Shown here in pieces: positions 1 through 10,342 of a stretch of 64,000 nucleotides of DNA (its first letter is position 1; each line of letters begins with the position of its first letter). The notes beneath the pieces were generated by a model, which was given only the letters and a program-made list of their open reading frames with translations, was not told the origin of the DNA and did no database searches. The DNA lies in assembly GCA_963727445.1 (NCBI GenBank), contig CAVSGI010000027.1:256001-320000 (forward strand), written 5' to 3'. A program made the translations under genes and the position numbers. This DNA is from an uncultured delta proteobacterium (GTDB taxonomy: Bacteria; Myxococcota_A; Polyangia; Polyangiales; B10-G4).

Positions 1-210
1 CAAGCGGTCGACCAAGGTGCTCTTTCCGGCGCCTGGAGTGCCGGTCACGCCGAGCACGTAAGCGTTTCCGGTGTGGGGATAGAGGCGCTTGAGCAGCTCG
101 ACGAAGACTGGATCACGGTCGTCGACGAGGCGCATCGCCCGGGCGATGCCTCGCGTCTCGCCGGCCCGGACCCGCTCGGCGAGGGCTCGAATCTGGTCGC
201 TTCCGCCCAT
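1..210 (-). CDS. meaB: Methylmalonyl-CoA mutase-associated GTPase MeaB/ArgK, N-terminal part (runs off the window)
   Basis: Manual translation MGGSDQIRALAERVRAGETRGIARAMRLVDD...LYPHTGNAYVLGVTGTPGAGKSTLVDRL has the MeaB N-terminus and P-loop. Confidence 0.85.
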   Translation of the reverse strand, partial: MGGSDQIRALAERVRAGETRGIARAMRLVDDRDPVFVELLKRLYPHTGNAYVLGVTGTPGAGKSTLVDRL

Positions 211-281
211 CGGGGGCCGAAACTACAGGTCGTCGCGGCCCCTGTCGACGGAACCACGAGACCCGGCCCCCTCATACGAGA

Positions 282-305
282 CGGGCCGCCCCTGAGGGCG
301 GCCCG
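282..305 (-). terminator. GC hairpin downstream of tRNA-Val
   Basis: CGGGCCGCCC-CTGA-GGGCGGCCCG perfect stem just 3' of the tRNA; weak U-tail. Confidence 0.4.
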
Positions 306-314
306 GCTGGCTTC

Positions 315-389
315 TGGTGGGCGATCGCAGATTTGAACTGCGGACTTCCTCCGTGTGAAGAAGGCACTCTACCACTGAGTTAATCGCCC
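315..389 (-). tRNA. tRNA-Val(CAC)
   Basis: Reverse complement GGGCGATTAACTCAGTGGTAGAGTGCCTTCTTCACACGGAGGAAGTCCGCAGTTCAAATCTGCGATCGCCCACCA forms a cloverleaf with anticodon CAC and encoded CCA. Confidence 0.95.
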
Positions 390-456
390 GAACCGCTCGG
401 GCCGAGGCCCGCGCGGAGCGGCTATGTAGCAACGCGATGTGGATCCCGCAAGAGGG

Positions 457-661
457 AGGCACTCCCGGCGAAGCGCCACCTGCGCTCCGCTGCGTCTCTG
501 GGCGCTTTCGCGCCCGACGCCGCCGCTACGCTCCGGCGTCGCTCCGCCTTCTTTCGGGCGGCAGGCACTCCCGGCGAAGCGCCACCTGCGCTCCGCTGCG
601 TCTCTGGGCGCTTTCGCGCCCGACGCCGCCGCTACGCTCCGGCGTCGCTACGCCTTCTTTC
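457..661. repeat. Two tandem copies (106-bp period) of a palindromic REP-like element
   Basis: Near-identical units start at 457 and 563, each with GGGCGC-TTTC-GCGCCC hairpins. Confidence 0.9.
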
Positions 662-669
662 AAGCGGCC

Positions 670-2942
670 TCACTCCGAGTCGAGCTTGGCCTTGAGGAGA
701 TCGCCGAAGGTGCCGAAGCCCTGCTTCGCGGCCTCCTTGCGGTACTCCTTGACGGCCTTGCGCTCCTCATCGAACTCGCGGCCTTTGATGGAGACCTTCA
801 GGCCGCCGTCACGGTCCGTGCCCACCACCTTGACCTCGATCTCGGCGCCGGGGACGAGGTCCTTGCGGGATGCGTTGTTGCCGAGCTCGCGGTTCGGCAG
901 ATAGCCGCGGCCGCGCTTGCCGAGAACGCCCTTCACGTGGACCTGGATTCCGTGATGCTCGACCTTGTCGATCACCACGTGGATGTGGGTGCCGGGCTTG
1001 AGGCTCTTCGGGCGGTCCTTGGGATCGAGGGAGCCATCGGCGATGGCCTGAACCTCGGCCTCGCTCAGCTTGGACAAGGAGATCCGCCGCTGGCCCTTGT
1101 CGACGCGCTCGATGACGATGTCGAGCTCGTCACCGACCTTCACGGCCTTGTCGGCGTGGGGCAGATCCTTGCCGAGCTCGGAGATGTGCAAGAGGCCGTC
1201 GATACCCGGCGCGAGCTCCACGAAGGCGCCGAACTCGGCCGTGCGCACGACCTTGCCCTTGCGCGCGGTGCCCACCGCGAGGGCGTCGGCGTGCTCGTCC
1301 CAGGGATCCGGCAGGTGGGCGCGCATCGACAGGTCCACGCGGCCCTGCTTCTCGGTGCTCACCTTCGATACGCGGACCTTCACCCCTTGCCCGGTCTTCA
1401 CGACGTCCGCCGGACGCACGCCGCGCGTCCAGGAGAGCTCGGACTGGTGGACCATCCCTTCGACGCCGTCTCCGATGTCGACGAAGACGCCGTAGTCGCG
1501 GATCTGGGTGACGACCCCGTCGAGGTCGTCACCGACCTTCAGGGACTTGAGGCGCTGCTTGCGCGCCTTGCGCTGCTCGCGCTCGAGGATGGTCTTGCGG
1601 CTGACGACGAGGCTCTTGGCGCCACCGCCCTTGCGAGGCGGCACCGTGAACTCGAAGCGCTTGCCGAGGAACGCGTGCGGATCGGGGACCGCGCCGAGCG
1701 CCATGCCGCTGGCGGGGCAGAAGACCCGGACGCCCTCGACCAGAACGTCGAAGCCGCCGCGGTTGAACCCGAAGACCACGCCTTCGACCCGCTGCTTCGC
1801 CTCGCGGGCCGCCGCGATCGACGCGCGCACCTGCCGCTTGTCGAGGGCGCGGTTCACGATGGCGATGTGGCCGCTCTCGGAGACCGAGGCGATGCGGCCG
1901 CGATAGACGCTGCCCGCCTGGGGCATCGCCGGGGGCGGCCCCTCGCGCTTGGGCGGCGGGTCGACCTTGGGGGCAGGCGGCGCCTCGGGCTGCGCGTCGG
2001 CCGCGGCGGAGGCCGAATCCGTTCCCCGCTTCCGTTCCCGTTCCCGCTTCCGTTCCCGTTCCCTTTCCCGTTCCCGCTTCCGTTCCCGTTCCCGTTCCCG
2101 CTTCCGTTCCCGTTCCCGTTCCCGTTCCCGTTCCCGTTCCCGTTCCCGTTCCCGCTTCCGTTCCCGTTCCCGTTCCCGCTCCCGCTTCCGCTCCCGTTCC
2201 CGTCTCCCGCTTCCGTTCCCGCTCCCGTTCCCGCTCCCGCCGCGGCCGAATCCGCCTCCGAATCCGTCTCCGAATCCATCTCCGCGTGGGACGCGTCGTC
2301 CTCCTCGTCCTCCTCGACCTTCTCCGGGAGTGGCTCGATCGCCGCGGGCTCCCAGGCGTCGACGTAGGCGTCGGCGCGACCGAAGAGGTCGACGCGGAAG
2401 GCGCCGTCGAGCTGTTCGCTCACCAGGCCGGCGACGACGTCACCGGCGGAGAATGCTTGTCGCTTCGAAGGATCGCCTCCGAAGTACCGGCTGAAGGGAG
2501 CGGTCGACTTCTTCTCCGTCGCCTGCGCGCCCTCCTCGGGGGCGGCTACGTCGCCGGCGGCGCTCTTCTTCTTGCGCCGACGCCGGCGGCGCTTCTTCTT
2601 GCCGCCGGGAGCGGCGTCGCCCGCAGCGCTCGGCGTAGTCGACGCCGCGGCTTCGTCCGCATCCGTGGAAGCGGCCGCGCTCGCGCTCTCATCCGGAGCG
2701 GCGGCGCTCACGCTCTCATCCGGAGCGGCCGCGGCTTGCGTCCCCGCATCCGGGCGGTCGGTCGCCTCGGCGGCGGGCGCCTCCGCGCCCGCATCCGAGG
2801 GAGCGGCGGCCTGTGCGCTCTCTGTCGCGGTGGGCTCGGCCGCAGGTGCGGCCGGGGGCGCTTCCGCGGCCGGCGACTGGCCGGCGGGATCGGAAGGAGC
2901 GGTCTCTGCGTTGGACGGCGCGTCTTCGGAGTTCGTGGTCAT
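670..2942 (-). CDS. Multi-S1-domain RNA-binding protein (ribosomal S1-like) with a long low-complexity N-terminus; frameshifted in the repeat linker
   Basis: S1 motifs (YGVFVDIGDGVEGMVHQSELSW, FGAFVELAPGIDGLLHISEL); ORFs 1854-2942 and 670-1926 join if extra bases at ~2204 and ~2025 are removed. Confidence 0.8.
2020..2238. repeat. (TTCCCG/CTCCCG)n hexamer tract inside the S1-protein linker
   Basis: More than 30 hexamer units visible directly. Confidence 0.9.
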
Positions 2943-3044
2943 GATCGTAGCCCGTCAGAACGGGGCGGGCAGACTAACCCCGGATGGTTGCGCTGTCGAG
3001 GCGCGGAGACGGGAGGCGAATCGCGGGCATTTGGCCCGCAATCG

Positions 3045-6000
3045 TCATGCTTCGCCGAGCTGACGCGCTTGCTCGCGCAAACGTCGCTCGAATGGGATGT
3101 GCCCGGCGCGGCCCGCGTAGGTGGCGGCGCGCTCGAGGGTGCGCTGCGCCGCGCCGGCGTCGCCGAGCGCCACGTGGGCGCGCGCGAGCATGGACAGGGC
3201 GATCGCCGTCGCCCCCGCGCGGCCCGCCTCCTCGAGCGCGTCGATCGCACGCACGATCCCCGGCACGTACGAGACGTCCGGGTGCTCGGCGATGGCAAGG
3301 GCGCCCTGGATCGCCGCGGCCAGGTGGGTGACCGAATACAGACCGTGACGACGTCCGAGTCGGTGCGCCGCCTCGGCGTGAACCGCTGCCTTGGCGGGGT
3401 CGCCGTTCTCGAGACAGGTCGCGGCGGCGAGCACGTGCGCGCGCGCCGCGCTCCCCTCCGCGCCCTCCTCTTCGGCGACGGCGGCCGCTTCTCCATAGCG
3501 CGCCGAGGCCGATTTCATCGAGCCGCGCGCTTCGGCGACCGCGCCCATCGCAGCGAGAGAGCGATGACGCAGCCGGCCGCTTCCCAGGCGCGCCGCGATC
3601 GCCAGCGCCGAGGCCACCGCATCGTCGGCTTCGTCGAAGCGGCCCGCGCGCGACAGCGCCATCGCCGCGCGTGAATGCGCCACGCCGGCGAGCTCGTCTT
3701 CCGACGCTGCTTCGAGCGTCTCGATGGCCCGCTCGAGGATGGCCGCGGCCGATTCGGGCCGGCCCGCCTCGAGCTCGACGCGGCCGAGGGTCAAGAGCGC
3801 TTCGCCGCGCAGCCCCCCGTCGGTGAGCGTCTCGATCGCGTCCGTCACCTGGGCGAGGCTGCTCGCCGCCTCGTCCCAGCGCTCCCGCCGCGCCGCGACA
3901 CGCGCCCGCGCGAGCGCGATCCGCACCTTCACCGCGGGCTCGGTGCGCGCGCTCGCCGTACGCTCCGCTTCCTCGATGGCCGCGTCGGCGATGCGGATGG
4001 CGCCGCCGGAGAGCGCGAGCTCGGTGGCCCGAAGGGCCAACGAGACGCTGTCTTCGTCCACGTCCTCGTTCGACTCGCGGATGATCTTCGCCGCGTGCGT
4101 CAGATACTCGGCAGCACTGCCGAGCTCGCCGCGCTCCTGCGCGTGGTCCGCGGCGCGCACCAGGTAGTCGGGCGCGCGCCGGCGGTCCACCGAACGCGCC
4201 GCGTGATAGGCGAGCGACGCGATGCGATCGGCGTCCCCAGCGGCGCCCGTGCGCTCGAGCACCGCCGCGATGGCGCCGTGGAGTCGGCGCAGCTCCATCT
4301 CGCCCACCGAGTCCTCGAGGGCGCGACGCGGCAACGAGCCGGGCACCCGCACGATGTTGGGCACCGGGTGCTCGTCGGAGTTCCCACCCCACACCCCGGA
4401 CCCGGGCCACCACGCCTGCGGCGGACCGGCCGGCAGCCCCGAGCCCACCGCCTCGAGCAGCCGCTGGACGAGAAGCCGCCGAATCGCCGCTTCTCCCTCT
4501 TCACGGGATGCGCCCACGGCCGCACGCAATACGTCGATCTCAATCGCGCCGTCGAAGGCGGCGGCCGCGCGCAGGATGGCGCGGTCCACCGGCCGAAGCT
4601 CCGCGAGGCCGGTCGCGATCAAAGCGCGCTGGTGCGCCGTGACCGGCGTCGGCGTGTTCGCGCTGAGCCTCGCGACGTCGTCTTCGACCACGACCGCCCC
4701 GGCGCTGTTCAGCGCATCGGCCATCGCCTGCACCCATCCCGGGCTGCCTGCGGTCTCCTCCATGATCCGCGGGCCAAGCTCCTCCTCACAGTCCTTGGCG
4801 TTCACCGCTGCCGCGAAGAGACGCATCGCCGAACGCTCGTCGAGCCGTGACAGGTGGACCACCTCCACCTGATCGTCGGGCAGTGGGGTCCCGGGGCGCG
4901 CCGTCATCACCGTGAGCACCCGCGACCGCTCGAGACCACGGAGCAGGAAGGGCAGGATCTGCCGGGTGGCGTCGTCCATCCAGTTGACGTCCTCGAGAGC
5001 GAGGAGCACCGCCCGATCGGAAGCGAGCGCGCGCAGAGCCTTGCGCGCGGCGAGCATCAGCTCGAGCCCGCGCGGCCGACCCGGGCGCTCGTCGCGCGCG
5101 ACCGGGTAGTTGAGCCCCAGCAGCTCGCCGACCAGCCGCACCTCCCGCGGCTTGAGGTTCAAGACGCGCAACCGGTCGACCTTGGCGAAGCGCTCCGAGG
5201 GCGCATCGGAGACCTCCACACCGCACAGGTCGCGGAACACGTCGGCGAGCGCACCGTAGGCGCCCTCGCTCTGGGTCTCGTCGCCGCGACCGCGCACCAG
5301 CGCAAAGTCCTGACCGGAGGCGAGCGCGCCCAGCTCCGCCAACAGGCGCGACTTGCCCGAGCCCGGCTCGCCCACGACGAGATATGCCCCGCCGTGCCCA
5401 CCCTCGGCGGCGCGCACCAGCGGCTCGCTGAGCTTTCGCACCTCAGCTCGTCTGCCGATCAGCGGCGCACGCTCGCGAAGCGCGAGCGCGTCCCAATCCT
5501 GTCGCGAGCGGTAACCGACCAGAAGCGGCGTCTCTCCCTCCGAGACCTGGAAGGTGCGCGCGAGGGGCGCGCGCAGGTCCGGGTGGACGTGGATCTCCCC
5601 CATCTCGCCTGCCCGCACCAGCTCGAGCGCCGCCGCGTGAACGGCGTCGTTCGGCTCGATCGCGCCGACCTCGAAGACGCGAGCCTCACCGCGCACGATG
5701 GCAGCGGCCGGCGTGGGGTCGAGGCGCGTCGGCCCTTCGAGGGCGAGACGTCGCCGAAACTCGAGCGCCGCACGCGCCGCGTGCAGAGCGCCCCGCTCGA
5801 CGCCGCTGGTGTGACCGAAGACGGCCTCGCGCACACCGTCGAGCGGGGGCATGGGGTAGCCGCCCATCGTCGTCACCACCGACTCGAAGGTCCCCGAGTC
5901 GTCCTCGCGCTCGTTGACGGCGAGGAGCACGACCTCGCGCGTCTCCGACCGGATCCGCCGCGAGGCGGGGAAGGCCATGGTGTGCTCCTTCGTCCCGCCC

Positions 6001-7049
6001 AGATGACTCATCGGCGTAATCTCGGTCTTCGCCGGCGTGCTCACCAGCGACGCGTCGTCATAGGCGCGCATCATCAGGTCGACGCGGAGCTTGTTGGGGG
6101 AGGCCTTGTCCTCGGGTGGAAACATCTCGAGCATGACCTCGGCGAGGTCCCGCTCGTCGACCTGGGCGCGCATGTCGAACAGGACGCCGCCCAGGTCCTC
6201 CGCCATGTCGCCCGCGTTGTCGTAACGGTCGTCCTTGTCGAGGGCGAGGCTCTTGTCGACGATGGGCAGGATCGACTTCGGCACGCCCACCGCCTCGGTA
6301 TCGATCGGCGGAACGTACGCGCGTCGGACCCGATCCAGGGTCTCGCGGGTGGTCTTGGCGCGGAAGAGCCGCTTACCGACGATCAGCTCGTAGAGCACGA
6401 TGCCGAGCGCGAAGAGGTCGCTGCGCCGGTCGAGGGGCTCGCCGCGGGATTGCTCCGGGCTCATGTAGGCGTACTTGCCGCGCAGGACCTTCGGATCTTC
6501 GCCCTTGCCGAGCTCCGCTTCGTCGGCGCGGGCGATGCCGAAGTCGGCGACCTTCACGTGCCCCTCGTAGCCCAGCAGGACGTTCTGAGGAGACACGTCG
6601 CGATGCACGATGTTCAGCGGGCGACCGTCCTCGCCGCGCCGGCGATGCGCGTAGTCGAGGGCACGGCAGACCTGGCTCAGGATCCAGAGCTTGATCGCCA
6701 GATCGAGCCCCGGCGGTTCCTTCTCCGAACGGGGGCGGTGGCTCATGGCCTGACCCAGGTCCCGCCCGTGGACGTACTCCATCGCGATGAAGTAGGCGCC
6801 CTCCTCTTCCCCCAGATCGAAGATCTGGACGACGTTCGGATGGCTGAGCAGCGCCGCGATCTTCGCCTCGCGGATCAGCAGCTCGGCGAAGGTCTTCTTC
6901 GCCATGAGCGACGGGAGCACTCGCTTGATGACGACGGTCTTTTCGAAGCCGGCGACGCCGCGCGAGCGCGCACGCCACACCTCGGCCATGCCCCCCTCCC
7001 CGATCCGGTCCAGGAGCTCGTAATTGCCGAAGAGGACTGCCTCGCTCAT
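3045..7049 (-). CDS. Ser/Thr protein kinase fused to a degenerate cyclase-like region, an AAA/STAND-type ATPase and TPR-like helices
   Basis: GEGGMAEV, HRDVSPQN, DFG, GKYAYMSPEQ; GEPGSGKS Walker A; LEDVNWMD Walker B; Ala-rich helical C-terminus. Confidence 0.85.
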   Translation of the reverse strand: MSEAVLFGNYELLDRIGEGGMAEVWRARSRGVAGFEKTVVIKRVLPSLMAKKTFAELLIREAKIAALLSHPNVVQIFDLGEEEGAYFIAMEYVHGRDLGQAMSHRPRSEKEPPGLDLAIKLWILSQVCRALDYAHRRRGEDGRPLNIVHRDVSPQNVLLGYEGHVKVADFGIARADEAELGKGEDPKVLRGKYAYMSPEQSRGEPLDRRSDLFALGIVLYELIVGKRLFRAKTTRETLDRVRRAYVPPIDTEAVGVPKSILPIVDKSLALDKDDRYDNAGDMAEDLGGVLFDMRAQVDERDLAEVMLEMFPPEDKASPNKLRVDLMMRAYDDASLVSTPAKTEITPMSHLGGTKEHTMAFPASRRIRSETREVVLLAVNEREDDSGTFESVVTTMGGYPMPPLDGVREAVFGHTSGVERGALHAARAALEFRRRLALEGPTRLDPTPAAAIVRGEARVFEVGAIEPNDAVHAAALELVRAGEMGEIHVHPDLRAPLARTFQVSEGETPLLVGYRSRQDWDALALRERAPLIGRRAEVRKLSEPLVRAAEGGHGGAYLVVGEPGSGKSRLLAELGALASGQDFALVRGRGDETQSEGAYGALADVFRDLCGVEVSDAPSERFAKVDRLRVLNLKPREVRLVGELLGLNYPVARDERPGRPRGLELMLAARKALRALASDRAVLLALEDVNWMDDATRQILPFLLRGLERSRVLTVMTARPGTPLPDDQVEVVHLSRLDERSAMRLFAAAVNAKDCEEELGPRIMEETAGSPGWVQAMADALNSAGAVVVEDDVARLSANTPTPVTAHQRALIATGLAELRPVDRAILRAAAAFDGAIEIDVLRAAVGASREEGEAAIRRLLVQRLLEAVGSGLPAGPPQAWWPGSGVWGGNSDEHPVPNIVRVPGSLPRRALEDSVGEMELRRLHGAIAAVLERTGAAGDADRIASLAYHAARSVDRRRAPDYLVRAADHAQERGELGSAAEYLTHAAKIIRESNEDVDEDSVSLALRATELALSGGAIRIADAAIEEAERTASARTEPAVKVRIALARARVAARRERWDEAASSLAQVTDAIETLTDGGLRGEALLTLGRVELEAGRPESAAAILERAIETLEAASEDELAGVAHSRAAMALSRAGRFDEADDAVASALAIAARLGSGRLRHRSLAAMGAVAEARGSMKSASARYGEAAAVAEEEGAEGSAARAHVLAAATCLENGDPAKAAVHAEAAHRLGRRHGLYSVTHLAAAIQGALAIAEHPDVSYVPGIVRAIDALEEAGRAGATAIALSMLARAHVALGDAGAAQRTLERAATYAGRAGHIPFERRLREQARQLGEA

Positions 7050-7078
7050 CGCGAGCGACAGGGTACGACAGCGGGGTC

Positions 7079-8468
7079 CTAGATGCGGAATGGATAGTTG
7101 AAGCTGAAGCTGTCGCGGCTGAATTCGGGCAATCTCGCCCGCCGAACGGCCCGCGCGACGCAGCTACCCTCTCGCGTCCCGGCGAACTCGCCTTGGACCA
7201 CTGCGTTGCGGACGCGGCCGGAGCTGCCGCTGACGGTGATGCTCACGTTCACCACTCCGTGGCGCGTCCCCCCGCAGCCAGAGACCTGCGGCTGGATCCG
7301 CCGCATGGCTGCGAGGACCTGCTCCCGGGTGGGGGTCGCCGTCATACCGCTGCTCCCGGAGCGCGACGTGGGCGCCGCCATCGCCGGACGCTCGGCCCGG
7401 GCTCGACGCATCGCGGGGGGGCGGGACGCGCGCGCTTCAATCGCCGCGCCACCCGCAGCTTCGGAGGCCTCTGGCTCCGGCTCTCTGGAAGCCTCGGCCT
7501 CGGCCATCTCGTCGTCCTCTTCTTCCTCCAACGCTTCCTCGGCCGGGGCCTCCACGACCGCGGCCGCCGTGGCCTCGCGTGCCCGGTCGCCCGGCGCGTA
7601 GTCCGTCGAGGCGCCCGCCGGAATCGGGCGATGCCGGCGTGGACGGATATGCCATGGCCTCTGGCGCCGCGGCCTCCTGCGAGGCGACCGCCAGCGCGCC
7701 CTCGTCCGCGGCGGGGCTCGACATCGTGCTGAGCCCGGTGACAACCACCACGAGAACGGCCGCTGCCGCCGCGAGACCCGAGCCCCAGTAGAAGAGGGTG
7801 CGCCGTCGCGCGCGCTCCGCTTCGAGGTCGACGGGCGGCGGGGGGAAATCGCCGGTGGTCTCCGCGCCCTTGAGGTCGAAAGGCGCGACCTCGGGGATCG
7901 ACGCCCGCTCGTCGCTGATCAAGAGCGGCTTCTTCGGCGCCGGCGGGGGCGCGGCTTCTGCGGGAGGCGGGGCCGAATCGGCGAGCTCCTCGAGCCCCAG
8001 CTCGTCCGCCTCCATCATCTCTACCTGCGACTCGCGCACCACGGGCTTCTGCGGGGGGCGCCGGAGCGGCGCGTTCGGCTTCACCGCCGGCGCATCCTTG
8101 ACGCTGAGACTGGTGAGGTTGGCCAGCGAGTAGTCGGCGGTCTTGGGCTTCGGCTTGGGCGGCGGCGCCTTGCGCGGAGGCTGGCCCTCCTTGTCGCCGA
8201 AGATCGGAGGCGCGACCGGGTCGGGGATGCGCGCGAGATCCTCTTCGAGGCGCTGCTCGATGCGGGTCGCGATGGCCTCGGCGGCGTCGTCGCTGAGCTC
8301 GACCTCTGCGAACGCGCGCAGACCCGCGTCGACCCGCGCCAACGCCTCGGCCTCGGCGCGCGCATCGGCGCCAGCCTCCTCGAGGGCCTTTTCGAGCGCG
8401 TCGTCCAGCGCGAGACCGTCGCCGGCATCGAGGACGCGCTGAATGCGATCGTGAAGCTCCTCCTTCAC
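7079..8468 (-). CDS. Single-pass membrane protein (putative anti-sigma) with a C-terminal TonB-C/AgmX-like domain; frameshift at ~7627
   Basis: GTG overlaps the sigma-factor stop; TM segment YWGSGLAAAAAVLVVVV; C-terminus GRVRNAVVQG..GSCVARAVRRARLPEF..NYPF; two ORFs join on removing one base. Confidence 0.65.
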
Positions 8469-9079
8469 GAAGCCTCCCTCCCCGCCTCGGCGCCTTCGCC
8501 TTCGGGCATGCTCTCGGCCTTCGACTCTTCGAGCGCGACCTTCAGTCGTCGCCGCGCCTCGTGGATGCGCCACGCCACCGTGCCCTCGGGACAGCCGAGG
8601 ACCTCGGACGCCTCCTTGTGGGGAAGGCCCTGGATCAGCACCAGCACCACCGTCGTCCGGAGGCTGGGCGAAAGCGTGTCGAGCGCGTCGGCGAGCTGCT
8701 TCTGGAGCTGCGCCGTCTCGACGCTGCGGCTCGGGTCGGTGCCGCTGGTGTCGGGATCGGCGGTGGGCTCGGGCACCCGCGGATCGGCGATGTCCGCGGC
8801 CTTCACCCGGCGCCGTTTGCGCAGGAGGTTGAGGCAGACGTTGACGCAGATCCGGTAGAGCCAGGTGGAGAGCTCGGAGCGGCCGTCGAAGCGGGCGATC
8901 GCTCGATAGGCGCGGAGGAACGTCTCCTGCACCGCGTCCTCGGCCTCTCCGCGGTCCGCGAGCATCTGGACGGCGCAGGCGAAGACACGGCGCTGGTGGG
9001 CGCGCACCAGTTGGCCGAACGCCGCCTGGTCCCCTCCTTTTGCCGCCTCGATGAGCTCCGCTTCGTTGGACTCGGCCAT
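8465..9079 (-). CDS. ECF sigma-70 factor
   Basis: Region 2 (AEDAVQETFLRAYRAIARFDGRSELSTWLYRI) and region 4 (GLPHKEASEVLGCPEGTVAWRIHEARRRL). Confidence 0.92.
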   Translation of the reverse strand: MAESNEAELIEAAKGGDQAAFGQLVRAHQRRVFACAVQMLADRGEAEDAVQETFLRAYRAIARFDGRSELSTWLYRICVNVCLNLLRKRRRVKAADIADPRVPEPTADPDTSGTDPSRSVETAQLQKQLADALDTLSPSLRTTVVLVLIQGLPHKEASEVLGCPEGTVAWRIHEARRRLKVALEESKAESMPEGEGAEAGREAS

Positions 9080-9204
9080 GAGCGATGGGCTCCGGCACGG
9101 CCACCCGACCCAAGCCGGCCGACACCACGGGGCAACCCCGGAGATTTCCGCAGCGTAAGCCATCGTCGCCCACTAGGACAACAACGGATGCCCAAGCTTT
9201 TGCC

Positions 9205-9831
9205 CCACCAACGAAAAGGCGTGGCCCAGCCGGAGCGAAGCTGCGCGCAGGGCGCGAAAGCGCCCGGAGCGCCGCGCAGCGCAGGCTGGGCCACGCCGGG
9301 ATTGCGCCCCACCAACGAAAAGGCGTGGCTCAGCCGGAGCGAAGCTGCGCGCAGGGCGCGAGAGCGCCCGGAGGCGCCGCGCAGCGCAGGCTGGGCCACG
9401 CCGGGATTGCCTCCACCAACGAAAAGGCGTGGCCCAGCCGGAGCGAAGCTGCGCGCAGGGCGCGAAAGCGCCCGGAGGCGCCGCGTAGCGCAGGCTGGGC
9501 CACGCCGGGATTGCCTCCACCAACGAAAAGGCGTGGCCCAGCCGGAGCGAAGCTGCGCGCAGGGCGCGAAAGCGCCCGGAGGCGCCGCGTAGCGCAGGCT
9601 GGGCCACGCCGGGATTGCCTCCACCAACGAAAAGGCGTGGCCCAGCCGGAGCGAAGCTGCGCGCAGGGCGCGAAAGCGCCCGGAGCGCCGCGCAGCGCAG
9701 GCTGGGCCACGCCGGGATTGCCTCCACCAACGAAAAGGCGTGGCTCAGCCGGAGCGAAGCTGCGCACAGGGCGCGAGAGCGCCCGGAGCGCCGCGCAGCG
9801 CAGGCTGGGCCACGCCGGGATTGCCTCCACC
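9205..9831. repeat. Six tandem 103-104-bp palindromic (BIME/REP-like) units
   Basis: Units start at 9205, 9309, 9413, 9517, 9621 and 9724; outer stem GGCGTGGCCCAGCC/GGCTGGGCCACGCC, inner GGGCGC-GAAA-GCGCCC. Confidence 0.93.
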
Positions 9832-9930
9832 GGTCCCAAGACCGGCGCCGCCCCGCGTTTTCGCGAGGGCTGCGCCGCCCCGGCCCACTTCCTTTGACCC
9901 TTCGCTCGACTGAACGGATAATCGCGTCCG

Positions 9931-10335
9931 GTGAGCGAGGAAGAAGAGGAGCAGGATCGGCGGGACGACTACCGGCTGCCCATCGAGCTGAAGGTGGAGT
10001 ACAAGCGCCTGAACTCGTTCTTCGCGGACTACACCCGGAACATCAGTCGGGGCGGGACCTTCATCCGCACGCAGAAGCCCCTCGACATCGGCACCGAGTT
10101 CCTCTTTCGGATGAAGGTGCCCAAGCTCGACGACGCCCTGGTGCTCAAAGGCCGCGTCCAGTGGATCGTGAACCCCGAGGACGCCACCCCCGACCAGGAG
10201 CCCGGCATGGGTATCGGCTTCATCTACGAGTCCGAGGCCGACCGGGAGCGCATCCGGCAGATCGTCGAGACCCTGATGGTGGACAGCCTCGGGCCGGTCC
10301 TCTACGAAAAGATCATGAACCGCTTCGGCGGCTGA
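9931..10335 (+). CDS. PilZ-domain protein (TIGR02266 family)
   Basis: RxxxR motif (RRDDYR), NISRGGTFI, PGMGIGF. Confidence 0.88.
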   Translation: MSEEEEEQDRRDDYRLPIELKVEYKRLNSFFADYTRNISRGGTFIRTQKPLDIGTEFLFRMKVPKLDDALVLKGRVQWIVNPEDATPDQEPGMGIGFIYESEADRERIRQIVETLMVDSLGPVLYEKIMNRFGG

Positions 10336-10342
10336 TCCGACG

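Noticed and set aside
315..661. Integrative element at tRNA-Val
   Set aside because: No integrase and no duplicated tRNA 3' end noticed in the window.
439..7082. Long + strand ORFs (439-2367, 2286-3674, 4854-7082) and similar antisense ORFs across the window
   Set aside because: Shadow ORFs opposite well-supported genes, typical of high-GC codon bias.
9205..9831. CRISPR array or protein-coding repeat ORFs
   Set aside because: Units are near-identical end to end, and ORFs open in many frames give Arg/Ala-rich translations with no recognisable motifs.
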